Of a stretch of 59,081 nucleotides of DNA, positions 16,458-24,239 are shown piece after piece. The stretch spans positions 1-59,081 of IMG/VR virus record IMGVR_UViG_3300027652_000001. The stretch is one strand, 5' to 3'. The DNA is from a virus. Both the position numbers and the translations under genes were made by a program. Positions within the stretch are counted from its first letter, which is position 1; each line of letters starts with the position of its first letter. Under the pieces are notes generated by a model, which saw only the letters and a list, made by a program, of their open reading frames with translations, was not told where the DNA came from and ran no database searches.

Positions 16458-16485
16458 TTGACGTGTTGCGTTGTAACGTTGTAAT
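16458..16485 (+). promoter_or_regulatory. Candidate rightward promoter (TTGACG, 16-nt spacer, TGTAAT), back to back with the leftward one and pointing into an ORF-free region
   Basis: ttgacg at 16458-16463 and tgtaat at 16480-16485. Confidence 0.4.
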
Positions 16486-16886
16486 CAGCTTGTCGCCGCT
16501 CGTTTGTCGCAGTATTGTCGCAGTCCGTCTGTATCACCCACGCCAGGGCCGTTGCGGGTTCGCGTGTGCGTTCGGTGCGCGAGGGGATGCTGGGTATCCT
16601 CCCGCGTGGGGAGCGTGCGCCAGGGCTGATCGCTTGCGCCGCGGCCTGGCTGTCCGCCGGCTGTCCGGTGTCACGCGTCCTGAATTGTCCAAGGGTCGAA
16701 CGACTCGTGGGTTTACTCTTACGGTGCGGGTGTACGTTTATTTTTTTTGGGACCCTGAATTTTCTGGGGTTTGGGGTGCGCGTTTTGCGAGGCTGTCGGT
16801 CACTGAATTCGGAGGGTGAGCACACTTAACCCCCTATAATCCCCCGTAGAACAGCGGCCGGTACGCTGGTGCGCCGGTGGGTCCGC

Positions 16887-17300
16887 TTACGAGGTCGAGT
16901 TCCCCTGCGCTTGCGTCCACGAGTTTCCGGTGTATTCCGGCTCTGTCGTGAAGGAAGCGGGTGTGTTTCCTACGTGGTCCGACGCGTTGAGGTCTGGGCG
17001 AGGGGCGTAAGGGGGTTGGTTTGGCGAGCGCTCGGCGCTCGGCGCGAGAGAGCCAGGGGCGGTGTAATCACCCTCCTCCTGGAGGTCGTGTCTTTGGTTT
17101 TCGTTCTCTTCTGCGACGGCACGCAGGATGGCGCGCGCTACTTTTGATTTGTATCCGGTCGGGACGCCGTTTTTGAGGATGACTTTGACTGGTCCGTGGG
17201 GTTGTGGGTCAGATTGTCGGAGTCCGCGCCTTGGTTCTCTACGCTCGATTTTTGAAACGGGACCGCCGTGGAATTTTTGTGGCGGCCGTCGCTTTTTCAC
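16887..17300 (-). CDS. Hypothetical protein (137 aa). Basic N-terminal part and a low-complexity C-terminal part.
   Basis: GTG start overlaps the upstream stop (GTGA). Confidence 0.6.
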   Translation of the reverse strand: MKKRRPPQKFHGGPVSKIERREPRRGLRQSDPQPHGPVKVILKNGVPTGYKSKVARAILRAVAEENENQRHDLQEEGDYTAPGSLAPSAERSPNQPPYAPRPDLNASDHVGNTPASFTTEPEYTGNSWTQAQGNSTS

Positions 17301-17449
17301 CAGGCCAGCTCCTCAAACCAGCCCTCGGGCAGGTTGACGATGAACCCGGGCAGGTGGAGCGATGCGCCGCCGTCCGATCGGGAGAGGAGGAGCGCGGTGT
17401 GGCCGCGGAAGGAGCCGGCGAGGATGACGACGTGGACGGGAGGTTTCAC
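17297..17449 (-). CDS. Small hypothetical protein (50 aa)
   Basis: GTG 17449 overlaps the C5-MTase stop. Its own stop overlaps the next GTG start. Confidence 0.45.
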   Translation of the reverse strand: MKPPVHVVILAGSFRGHTALLLSRSDGGASLHLPGFIVNLPEGWFEELAW

Positions 17450-18204
17450 GCAGAGGCCTCCGGTTTGAACACGCGCGCGATGTGCGCCGCCAGCGGGAAA
17501 GGGATCTTGGCTATCTGGGCTGATGCGGCTTTTCTATCGAATCCCTTTGACGATAAGCCGCACAGTCCGTTGTCAAACCAATGCTCGCCGCTCCCTACCT
17601 GCTTGACACCCCTGAGCGCGAGAGTTGACCAATTTCCAACGTGCTTGCCGGTCTTTTCCCACAGATGAGTGTCTGCACCTCCCAGTTTCTTGTGCATGGT
17701 CTGAGGCATCAACGCCGGCACGTCACCCCACAGATAGAAACTGCCAAAGTGCCACTTCGCACGTCCCACCCACTTCTGCGCTCCGCACACATTCTCGATC
17801 ACCAGCGGAATGTACCGCGTTAACCAGCCACGACCGCCGCAGGAATGGCAATCTAGACGGTTAACGACAGGGAAGCAATCCCAGCAATTTTGTGCTGTGG
17901 CCTCAATCGCCTCTCTCTGAATACGAAAGCACGCCTCGAATAGTTCGTCGCTCGGCGGAGGCAACGCCTTGGCGCGCTTCCACGGCATCGCCCGGTAGCT
18001 GTACGCTTGGCATGGCGGGCTTGCCACGATCACCGCTGCGTTGCGGAACTGCGAGCCGTGCAACGTCAACACGTCCTGAAGCACGAGCTGTGCTGGATAC
18101 GGTCGGCGCTCGATGTCGAAGCCGACCACATCGTAGCCCTCGGCGAGAAAGCCTTCGGTCCACCCGCCCAGCCCGCAGAAGAGATCAATAGCGAGCGGTT
18201 TCAT
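17446..18204 (-). CDS. DNA (cytosine-5) methyltransferase (252 aa)
   Basis: Motif I IDLFCGLGGWTEGF, motif IV ASPPCQAYS, motif VI LVIENVCG. ATG 18204 overlaps the upstream stop. No adjacent restriction endonuclease. Confidence 0.85.
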   Translation of the reverse strand: MKPLAIDLFCGLGGWTEGFLAEGYDVVGFDIERRPYPAQLVLQDVLTLHGSQFRNAAVIVASPPCQAYSYRAMPWKRAKALPPPSDELFEACFRIQREAIEATAQNCWDCFPVVNRLDCHSCGGRGWLTRYIPLVIENVCGAQKWVGRAKWHFGSFYLWGDVPALMPQTMHKKLGGADTHLWEKTGKHVGNWSTLALRGVKQVGSGEHWFDNGLCGLSSKGFDRKAASAQIAKIPFPLAAHIARVFKPEASA

Positions 18205-18800
18205 TCGCCGCTCCTGATGCGCGCGGCGATCTCCTCTACCATGGCGAAACCCCAATCGTTGGCGGGATCAAACTGTTCGCGCAATGCTTCGACCAGCCGG
18301 GCGCACCGCTCGCGTTCCTGGGCGACACCACGGTTGAAATTAAGCACAGCAATTTCGCGAGTAGCTTCCTCCTCAGTCTTGGGAGGCACTGCCTGTCCGT
18401 ACGTCAAACCGCTCGTAGGGCCGATATCTTCTCCGGCCAGCGCTCGCCGCATGCGATCCCTAAGGATGTCCACAACGTTCTCAGGATCGTCATCGGTGGA
18501 GCGCGGGGTGATGTCTTCGACCTCGAGATCCATCGGATGTTCGGCGGCGTAGGGTCGCGGGTCAAACTGTGGCCTCATCCATCCGGTTCCGACCGCGCAG
18601 GCGTACTGCGTGAGCCACTTGTCGACCGCTTCACGCTGCTCTTTGGTCGCAGGCTTGTCGTCGACCAGCATTTCATGCGGGCCGAGTTGAACAAAGCCAA
18701 TGTCGGGGATAGTTATGAATCCTCGTTTGGGGTCATCTTTTCCGCGCATCGCTTCAGCGTAGGCGGCTTCAATGTCGAGTTTGGGTGTGTTTTCGCTCAT
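18201..18800 (-). CDS. Hypothetical protein (199 aa)
   Basis: ORF, coupled to its neighbours. Confidence 0.8.
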   Translation of the reverse strand: MSENTPKLDIEAAYAEAMRGKDDPKRGFITIPDIGFVQLGPHEMLVDDKPATKEQREAVDKWLTQYACAVGTGWMRPQFDPRPYAAEHPMDLEVEDITPRSTDDDPENVVDILRDRMRRALAGEDIGPTSGLTYGQAVPPKTEEEATREIAVLNFNRGVAQERERCARLVEALREQFDPANDWGFAMVEEIAARIRSGE

Positions 18801-19042
18801 CTCCCCTTAAGCTTTCGGCGGTAGCTCGACTTGGGAGAGCATTTCCAGTCGACCTCTCCGTGTATTTCCAAGGATTGAAGAGCTCGGGCTGTCTGATATT
18901 TTGGCATCGACAATTCCGATGCTATCTCGCGGACGGTCTTCCATTCCTGGGTCAAAACGGCGAACACGCGTGCTTGGGCGAGCCTGATTATTTGGCCGTC
19001 CGTGAGCGGTTTGTCGGGATGTAGAATTGGTTTCATCGTCAA
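18797..19042 (-). CDS. Winged-helix DNA-binding protein (81 aa). First gene of the second leftward operon.
   Basis: LTQEWKTVREIASELSMPKYQTARALQSLEIHGEV is a wHTH pattern. Confidence 0.55.
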   Translation of the reverse strand: MTMKPILHPDKPLTDGQIIRLAQARVFAVLTQEWKTVREIASELSMPKYQTARALQSLEIHGEVDWKCSPKSSYRRKLKGR

Positions 19043-19170
19043 GGTCTGAAGGCGGGCCGGGACCTTGACCTACCGTCCCGCCGTCTCAGATGTGTTGCTA
19101 TCCAGTTGCAAGCTGGACACCCACAGTTTATGCCACGTTCCCCATTGCGTGTCAAGCGTATAATTCATCC

Positions 19171-20832
19171 ATGAAGAGATGGCTCATCTTTTTGTTCTGG
19201 CTGTGCGCTGGCCCCGCGTTCGCGCAGACACTCCGCATCTCGGGCTGGTGCGAGCAGGGTGCCCAGCAGATCAACGTCGGCGGGGTGCTGTCTTCGCCCA
19301 CGACGCTGGTCCAGGCGAGCTACCCGGCGTGTAGGGTGACCGTGTTCCAGGCGGGAACCATCACCAAAGAAACTATCTACGCCGACAACATGATGACGCC
19401 ACTGGCGAACCCTTTCACCCTCACGCCGGGGAATGGTTACTGGTTCTTCTACCCGGCCATGGACACCGATCACGTCGACATCACGTTTGACCAGGGGGGA
19501 ATTCCCACCCCCTACACGCTGGGGGACGTGGCGGCGGCCGGCGGGTCGGGCGGAGGTGGCGGTGGAGGACCAGGAACTGTAACACGCGTAACATTTCCCA
19601 CAATTCCCGCTTGGCTGACCGCTTCCGTGGCGACAAACACCACGACGCCGGCAATTTCGATTGTTGTGGCGACCGGGCAGGCCTCGAACCAGGTCATCGG
19701 AACGTGCGGGTCGGCCACCACTTTCGGACCGTGCTCGCTGGGCGCCACGGATCTACCAGGCACGATCGTCTACAACAATCAGGCCAACACGTACTCGACG
19801 GGTGGCCAGAACTTCGCCGCGGCCAGCTTCCTGACGATCCCGAGCGGGCCAGGGTATGCTCCTACCAACAGCGGCATGATCGGCTACGACACGACCGCGA
19901 ACGCCTACCGGCTGGGGATCGCAGGGACGGATTTCATCATCGCGCCGCTCCTGAACGGCGCTTTCACGGTCGGCCACTGCCTCGAATATTCGACCACCCC
20001 GGCGCCCTCGATAATCGATGCTGGATTTCCGTGCAGCATGGGAGGCGGCGGAGGCGGAAGTCCGCTGACGGTCCAGGTGGGCGGGACTTCGACAGGGACG
20101 GCCAGCGCCACGCTCAACTTCAATTCGGGGAGCGGCATCAACCAGACGTGCTCGTACAACGCGGGCGCCTCGCGAAACGATTGCACGCCCGCCCTGGACA
20201 CCGCCTACGCCTTGTCGCGCGCCACAGACCAAAATGGAACGGATGCGACCTGTATCGACGCGTCAGGGAGCGGGACTTCGTACACCTGCTCGGTCACGCC
20301 CGGGCTCACCGGGTACACGCGCAACATGCGGATATATTTTGTTCCGCAGACGACGAGCGGAGCGGCGCCCACGCTGAACGTGACGGGAATCGGACCGCTG
20401 CCCCTCCAGTGGAATATCAACGGGACACTGACAAACGTGGCGGCTGGTCAACTCGTCGCCGCGCTGCCCTACATGCTCACCGCCTGGGGAAGTCCTCCGA
20501 CCGCGCTCGTGGTGCAGCCGACCGCCTACGCACCGAACACCGTGCAATCTTGTGGGACGACTATCGCCTGCTCGCACACTATTCTGAGCGTCCCGCAGAT
20601 CGTGACCGGTAGTGTGGCTCTGTCGAGCGGCACCCCGAGCACGGCGGCCATCACCGGGCTGTCTCCGGGGTTCACGTCGGCATCCACCTACCACTGCACG
20701 GTGAGCGATGCGACGACAGCGGCGAATGAGGTGACGGTTCTCGCGGCGGGGTACGTTTCAGGGACGGCGTTCACGATCACCGGGCCGAGCACCGTTACGG
20801 ACGTAGTGCACTATATTTGCGTGGGCAACTGA
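19171..20832 (+). CDS. Secreted tail-fibre-like protein (553 aa) with a Sec signal peptide and poly-Gly linkers
   Basis: MKRWLIFLFWLCAGPAFA|QT. TATAAT (19159-19164) lies 6 nt upstream of the ATG. A central domain (LSRATDQNGTD ... TLNVTGIGPLPL ... GSPPTALVVQ) is shared with 31244-31939. Confidence 0.75.
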   Translation: MKRWLIFLFWLCAGPAFAQTLRISGWCEQGAQQINVGGVLSSPTTLVQASYPACRVTVFQAGTITKETIYADNMMTPLANPFTLTPGNGYWFFYPAMDTDHVDITFDQGGIPTPYTLGDVAAAGGSGGGGGGGPGTVTRVTFPTIPAWLTASVATNTTTPAISIVVATGQASNQVIGTCGSATTFGPCSLGATDLPGTIVYNNQANTYSTGGQNFAAASFLTIPSGPGYAPTNSGMIGYDTTANAYRLGIAGTDFIIAPLLNGAFTVGHCLEYSTTPAPSIIDAGFPCSMGGGGGGSPLTVQVGGTSTGTASATLNFNSGSGINQTCSYNAGASRNDCTPALDTAYALSRATDQNGTDATCIDASGSGTSYTCSVTPGLTGYTRNMRIYFVPQTTSGAAPTLNVTGIGPLPLQWNINGTLTNVAAGQLVAALPYMLTAWGSPPTALVVQPTAYAPNTVQSCGTTIACSHTILSVPQIVTGSVALSSGTPSTAAITGLSPGFTSASTYHCTVSDATTAANEVTVLAAGYVSGTAFTITGPSTVTDVVHYICVGN

Positions 20833-21084
20833 CTACTCGATGAACCTTCCCATGTGAAGGCAGACATAATGCCCGGATGCTCCCTGCGCTTTGTAAAACT
20901 CAAGCGCTTCTTTGTAAGAGGAGGGGTCTAGGCGGTACAGAGTTTTGCAATCACAGTCGCCTGTCCAATTGTCCTCTGGAATGACCCACACCACTAACGG
21001 TTCTAGAGCAACTCCGAGCAAAGTTCTCGAAATCTCGAATTGAAACAGCGCGACTCCCGGCTTGACCACTCTACCGACCGACAT
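20833..21084 (-). CDS. Hypothetical protein (83 aa)
   Basis: ORF lying last in a three-gene leftward unit. Its stop directly abuts the stop of the convergent gene. Confidence 0.65.
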   Translation of the reverse strand: MSVGRVVKPGVALFQFEISRTLLGVALEPLVVWVIPEDNWTGDCDCKTLYRLDPSSYKEALEFYKAQGASGHYVCLHMGRFIE

Positions 21085-21262
21085 GCGCCAACTCGCGCAG
21101 CGACTCGCCGAACAGAATCGCCTGCACCACGTCGTTCACCGAGCGGCCGGCCACGCGGCATGCCTCCACATGATCCGCGTTGATGTGCGCGAGGTTGATG
21201 TTCTTCGGTGACAGCCACAGACGATAGAAAACATCCTTCTCGTAGTCCAGGCGGCCCTTCAT
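21071..21262 (-). CDS. Hypothetical protein (63 aa)
   Basis: ORF coupled to the XRE gene. Confidence 0.6.
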   Translation of the reverse strand: MKGRLDYEKDVFYRLWLSPKNINLAHINADHVEACRVAGRSVNDVVQAILFGESLRELAHVGR

Positions 21263-21432
21263 GCGGCCTCCGTCATCCAGCGCAGAATTGCGGCCAGCGT
21301 TCTGCCGTCCATTGCCAGGCCGCGCTCAACCCGCGACAAGGTCGGAGCGGAAAGTCCTATTTGTTTAGCCGCCTCACGGAGCGTCAAATCGCTCATTGTT
21401 CTCCAGTGCTTCAGTAGTCTCGCAAGTCTCAT
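21259..21432 (-). CDS. XRE-family helix-turn-helix regulator (57 aa, CI/Cro-like)
   Basis: MSDLTLREAAKQIGLSAPTLSRVERG. ATG 21432 is preferred because a longer start would cover the divergent promoter region. Confidence 0.75.
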   Translation of the reverse strand: MRLARLLKHWRTMSDLTLREAAKQIGLSAPTLSRVERGLAMDGRTLAAILRWMTEAA

Positions 21433-21439
21433 GCTTCTA

Positions 21440-21486
21440 ATTGTTTCACAAATGAGTTGACAAGTCAATCTCTGTTCGGGTAGAAT
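21440..21486. promoter_or_regulatory. Back-to-back divergent promoters whose -35 boxes form the inverted repeat TTGAC-AA-GTCAA
   Basis: Rightward: TTGACA 21457-21462, 18-nt spacer, TAGAAT 21481-21486. Leftward: TTGACT (plus strand 21463-21468), 17-nt spacer, AACAAT (plus strand 21440-21445). Confidence 0.55.
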
Positions 21487-21492
21487 CTCGGC

Positions 21493-21648
21493 ATGGAAGA
21501 CATTACAACGTTTCTTCAAGCGGAGTTTCGTAAAGCCGAGCGTCGTAAAGCCGAGCGCCGTCGCGTGCTCCGTAATTTCGGTAACTGGGCGCTGGCGGGT
21601 TGCATCGTGGCCGGGTGCCTGTTCGGTTACTGGGCGGTGGCCGGATGA
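21493..21648 (+). CDS. Small membrane protein (51 aa) with an RKAERRKAERRR repeat and a C-terminal TM helix
   Basis: ATG lies 7 nt after the -10 box. C-terminal WALAGCIVAGCLFGYWAVAG. ATGA coupling to the next gene. Confidence 0.5.
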   Translation: MEDITTFLQAEFRKAERRKAERRRVLRNFGNWALAGCIVAGCLFGYWAVAG

Positions 21649-21833
21649 AAGGGTGCAAATGCACGTGGGGATCAGAGACCGGCTTCACATTCTGTGCTCT
21701 GCATGAATCCGCCCCCGAACTGCTGAACGCCTTGCGCTGGAGCATTAACCACCAAGATGAATGCCTCGGGGATTATCCCGAACTGCTGAATGCTGCCAAA
21801 ACGCTAGTGGCTAAAGCAGAGGTCCGCACGTGA
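21645..21833 (+). CDS. Small Cys-rich protein (62 aa)
   Basis: MKGCKCTWGSETGFTFCALHES... Coupled at both ends. Confidence 0.55.
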   Translation: MKGCKCTWGSETGFTFCALHESAPELLNALRWSINHQDECLGDYPELLNAAKTLVAKAEVRT

Positions 21834-22003
21834 CCGCCGTCTGCATCGGAGCCGTTCTGCTGATGCTATTCCTCGTCTGGGGCGTGATCCGCACCTCGCG
21901 CATGCCGGAGACTCCGTACCAGCAGAAGCGCAAAGCGTGGGGCAACGAGGAATCGGACGGTTGGGAGTCAGATCTTGAGCGCGACCGGAGAAACCCGCGA
22001 TGA
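21830..22003 (+). CDS. Small membrane protein (57 aa, N-terminal TM helix)
   Basis: VTAVCIGAVLLMLFLVWGVI. GTGA and ATGA overlaps. Confidence 0.5.
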   Translation: MTAVCIGAVLLMLFLVWGVIRTSRMPETPYQQKRKAWGNEESDGWESDLERDRRNPR

Positions 22004-22293
22004 ACTTACGTAGATGGTTCAGGAGGCTGTTCGCGCTGGACATACCCACTATCGTATTGCCAGTCAACTGCAAGTTGCCGTTTCATCCCTTTGCTGCGGA
22101 CGCCGCTGGAATACGCGTGGACGAGCCGGTATCTTGGACGATACGTTCCTCAAATCCTGAAATCGCAGTGATCCAAGGTGAATGCCTGGTCCCAACTGGT
22201 AATAAGCTGGGGAATGTTCGAGTAATCGGAAATCTGGATGGCCAAACTCCGCAAGTGATGGCTCACGTCAAGATAGTCCCGCATGAATCGTAG
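22000..22293 (+). CDS. Ig-like (Big_2-type) domain protein (97 aa)
   Basis: VSWTIRSSNPEIAVIQGECLVPTGNKLGNVRVIGNL resembles bacterial Ig-like group 2 domains. Confidence 0.5.
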   Translation: MNLRRWFRRLFALDIPTIVLPVNCKLPFHPFAADAAGIRVDEPVSWTIRSSNPEIAVIQGECLVPTGNKLGNVRVIGNLDGQTPQVMAHVKIVPHES

Positions 22294-22355
22294 TGAGGGT
22301 CCGCCTCAAATTCATTGAGTCGTTATCGCGCCTGTGGTATCGTAAGCCGAAGCCA

Positions 22356-22919
22356 ATGCCGGATATCTACGAGCTTGTCGAAGAAATAAACCGCAGAGTA
22401 AAGAGGCTCGAAGATCAGGAGCGGGATGACCAAAAAACGCTTGCAGCGATAGCCGCTGGAGTCAATCTGCTCCTTGCCGACATTCAGCCGCCACCCAGGG
22501 CCGCTAGGCTTACCGTAACCTGGGACCAAGGAGAACCATCTATGCCAGTAACTATTCAGCCCGGGGAATCCCGGGGAGGAACCGTTTCGCCACTCACCGC
22601 CGCTGGAGCCGCTTCGCCGGCCACCCTGAGCGGTCTCAGCGCGTCTTTCTCTGACCCGACGTTTACCGTCGTGCCTGACCCGGCCAGTCCGAACACCCGA
22701 ATCATTGTCACCGCTCCCACGAGCCTTCCGAGTGGGTTGACGACTGATGCCGCGACCGTGACATTCAGTGCAACCGCGACCGAGCCCGATGGTGTTACCA
22801 CCGAGTCGATCTCCGGCGTGGACACCGTGACCGTCAATGCGGTCGTTCCTCCTCCTCCGGCTCCGGCTGCGAGCTTGGGCATCGTCTGGGATCCGGCTCC
22901 GTCGCAGCGTAAGCGCTAA
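22356..22919 (+). CDS. Hypothetical protein (187 aa). N-terminal coiled segment and a Thr/Pro/Ala-rich beta-rich C-terminal part.
   Basis: ATG 22356 is preferred to the GTG at 22293. Confidence 0.7.
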   Translation: MPDIYELVEEINRRVKRLEDQERDDQKTLAAIAAGVNLLLADIQPPPRAARLTVTWDQGEPSMPVTIQPGESRGGTVSPLTAAGAASPATLSGLSASFSDPTFTVVPDPASPNTRIIVTAPTSLPSGLTTDAATVTFSATATEPDGVTTESISGVDTVTVNAVVPPPPAPAASLGIVWDPAPSQRKR

Positions 22920-23740
22920 TGGTCCGCTCGATCCCCCATCCGACTCTCGGAACCGTTTGTCTTGGCCGGAGGCATTCTACTGGCACGCCTCCGGCGCGCT
23001 TCGCTGATTTCATCCCGAAGAAACTGCCAGGCGTTCCGCTTGTGTTGGATCTCACACCCAAAGCGATGCCAGCGCTTGACCTGATTTATTTGAACGACAC
23101 GCTTGGGGACTGCGTTCCGGCTGGAAACCAGCATCTCGCGGGAGTGTGGACTGGGAACGCTTCGGGCGCCCCGACTATGTTCACCGACGCCCAGACGGAC
23201 GCCAACTACACCGGCATGTCGGGCGGCGAGTTCAATCCGTCCGACCCATCCACCGACCAAGGGTGCGAACCACTAGTAGCCATCGAGTGGTGGCGAACGA
23301 ACGGACTGCTGCCGGATGGTAGCCACAAGATCGCGGGCTATCTTTCGCTCGATCCGAACAACCGAGTGCAACTTCGCTCGGCGATCTGGCTGTTCGGCGG
23401 CGGCGTCGGATTCGCGCTGGATCTTCCCGATCCCTACATCAATCCGGCTCCCGCTGCCAGTGGATTCACGTGGGACGTTGCGGGCGAACCGGATCCTGAG
23501 AACGGTCACTGGATCGTTTCGGCTGGATACAACGCCAAAGGAGTGACCATCGCCACGTGGGGAATGCTCGGGACGTTCACCTATGAAGCCATCGGTGACT
23601 ACTGTCCCTTGAGCGCTGGCGGCGAATTGTACGCGATGATTTCTCAAGACGCGCTCAATGCCGCGATGGCGAAGGCCCCGAACGGTCTGGACTGGGCACA
23701 GATGAAAACGTATTTCGATGGAGCGGGAGGAAACGCGTGA
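22919..23740 (+). CDS. Papain-like (C1-like) cysteine peptidase
   Basis: Cys motif NDTLGDCVPAG. His/Trp region NGHWIVSAGYNAKGVTIATWG, which resembles the papain pattern GHAV..VGY....NSWG. Confidence 0.55.
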   Translation: MVRSIPHPTLGTVCLGRRHSTGTPPARFADFIPKKLPGVPLVLDLTPKAMPALDLIYLNDTLGDCVPAGNQHLAGVWTGNASGAPTMFTDAQTDANYTGMSGGEFNPSDPSTDQGCEPLVAIEWWRTNGLLPDGSHKIAGYLSLDPNNRVQLRSAIWLFGGGVGFALDLPDPYINPAPAASGFTWDVAGEPDPENGHWIVSAGYNAKGVTIATWGMLGTFTYEAIGDYCPLSAGGELYAMISQDALNAAMAKAPNGLDWAQMKTYFDGAGGNA

Positions 23741-24213
23741 TCAGAACTTTCTTAACATTCACACTCTTGGGCGCGCTGCTGTTTCAGGTTGGATGCAGCC
23801 AGAGCCAAGTCACAACCACGCTCGACCTGGTGGTGACCGCTGCCGACGCCGCAGTGAGCGTTCTTCAGAGTACCGGCACACTTCCACCAGGGACCGCATC
23901 CCTAATCACCGGCTACCTCGGCCAAGTGACCACCGGCGTGGAATTCGCTACGACCGAATTGGCGTCAACGGACTCAACCGCAGTCAAAGCGGCCAAGATC
24001 ACGCAGGAGTTCGCGATGATCGTTGTCCCGAATCTTCCGCCGGGGACCGGGGCCGCGATAGTGTCGGTGGTAGCTTCCGTAGCTCAGGCCGTGGCCAACT
24101 TCCTCTCCACGCTTCAAACCGTGGCCATGACTTCGGCAGACAAGCAAGTCCTTCCCAAAATCGCCCGGCACAACGCGATGGTCCGCGCCAAGCTGATTAT
24201 CGTCCACAAGTAA
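23737..24213 (+). CDS. Secreted helical protein, possible lipoprotein (158 aa)
   Basis: MIRTFLTFTLLGALLFQVGC|SQSQ is a signal peptide with an imperfect lipobox (Gln at position -3). Confidence 0.6.
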   Translation: MIRTFLTFTLLGALLFQVGCSQSQVTTTLDLVVTAADAAVSVLQSTGTLPPGTASLITGYLGQVTTGVEFATTELASTDSTAVKAAKITQEFAMIVVPNLPPGTGAAIVSVVASVAQAVANFLSTLQTVAMTSADKQVLPKIARHNAMVRAKLIIVHK

Positions 24214-24222
24214 CGTAGCGCG

Positions 24223-24228
24223 TATAAT
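24223..24228 (+). promoter_or_regulatory. TATAAT box 11 nt upstream of the giant gene ATG, in the same GCGTATAAT context as at 19156-19164
   Basis: gcgtataatgggtcttcagtATG. No SD is present. Confidence 0.35.
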
Positions 24229-24239
24229 GGGTCTTCAGT

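Noticed and set aside
16415-16825. 136-aa minus-strand ORF, plus the plus-strand ORFs 16463-16819 and 16515-16829, in the non-coding hub
   Set aside because: Their composition is not protein-like (runs of R, P, S, T). They overlap the mapped promoter boxes and the repeat arrays. I regard the region as non-coding.
16836-16853. G-quadruplex or i-motif from CCCCCTATAATCCCCC and the nearby GGGGTTTGGGG
   Set aside because: Each place has only two G or C runs, which is too few for an intramolecular quadruplex. These are more likely part of promoter or operator architecture.
19540-19570. Poly-Gly coding runs (also about 20040-20057 and about 34380-34405) as slippage-prone or phase-variable tracts
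   Set aside because: At the DNA level they are mixed GGN codons (ggc/gga/ggt/ggg) rather than homopolymers, so slipped-strand phase variation is unlikely. I interpret them as flexible linkers.
19611-20612. 333-aa alternative-frame ORF inside the secreted fibre-like gene, plus similar long shadow ORFs at 25850-26767, 34897-35721(-), 40967-41632(-), 44034-44792(-), 45542-46243(-), 51685-52476(-) and 54457-55275(-)
   Set aside because: All are Arg/Gly/Asp/His- or Arg/Pro-rich and lack motifs. Each is nested in a longer ORF with protein-like composition and recognisable domains. I treat them as frame shadows of high-GC genes.
20833-21432. Toxin-antitoxin module (XRE antitoxin plus a small toxin)
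   Set aside because: Neither downstream small protein shows a recognisable toxin motif (RelE, HigB, HipA, Fic and similar). The HTH gene is promoter-proximal and faces a divergent operon, which fits a phage switch regulator better.
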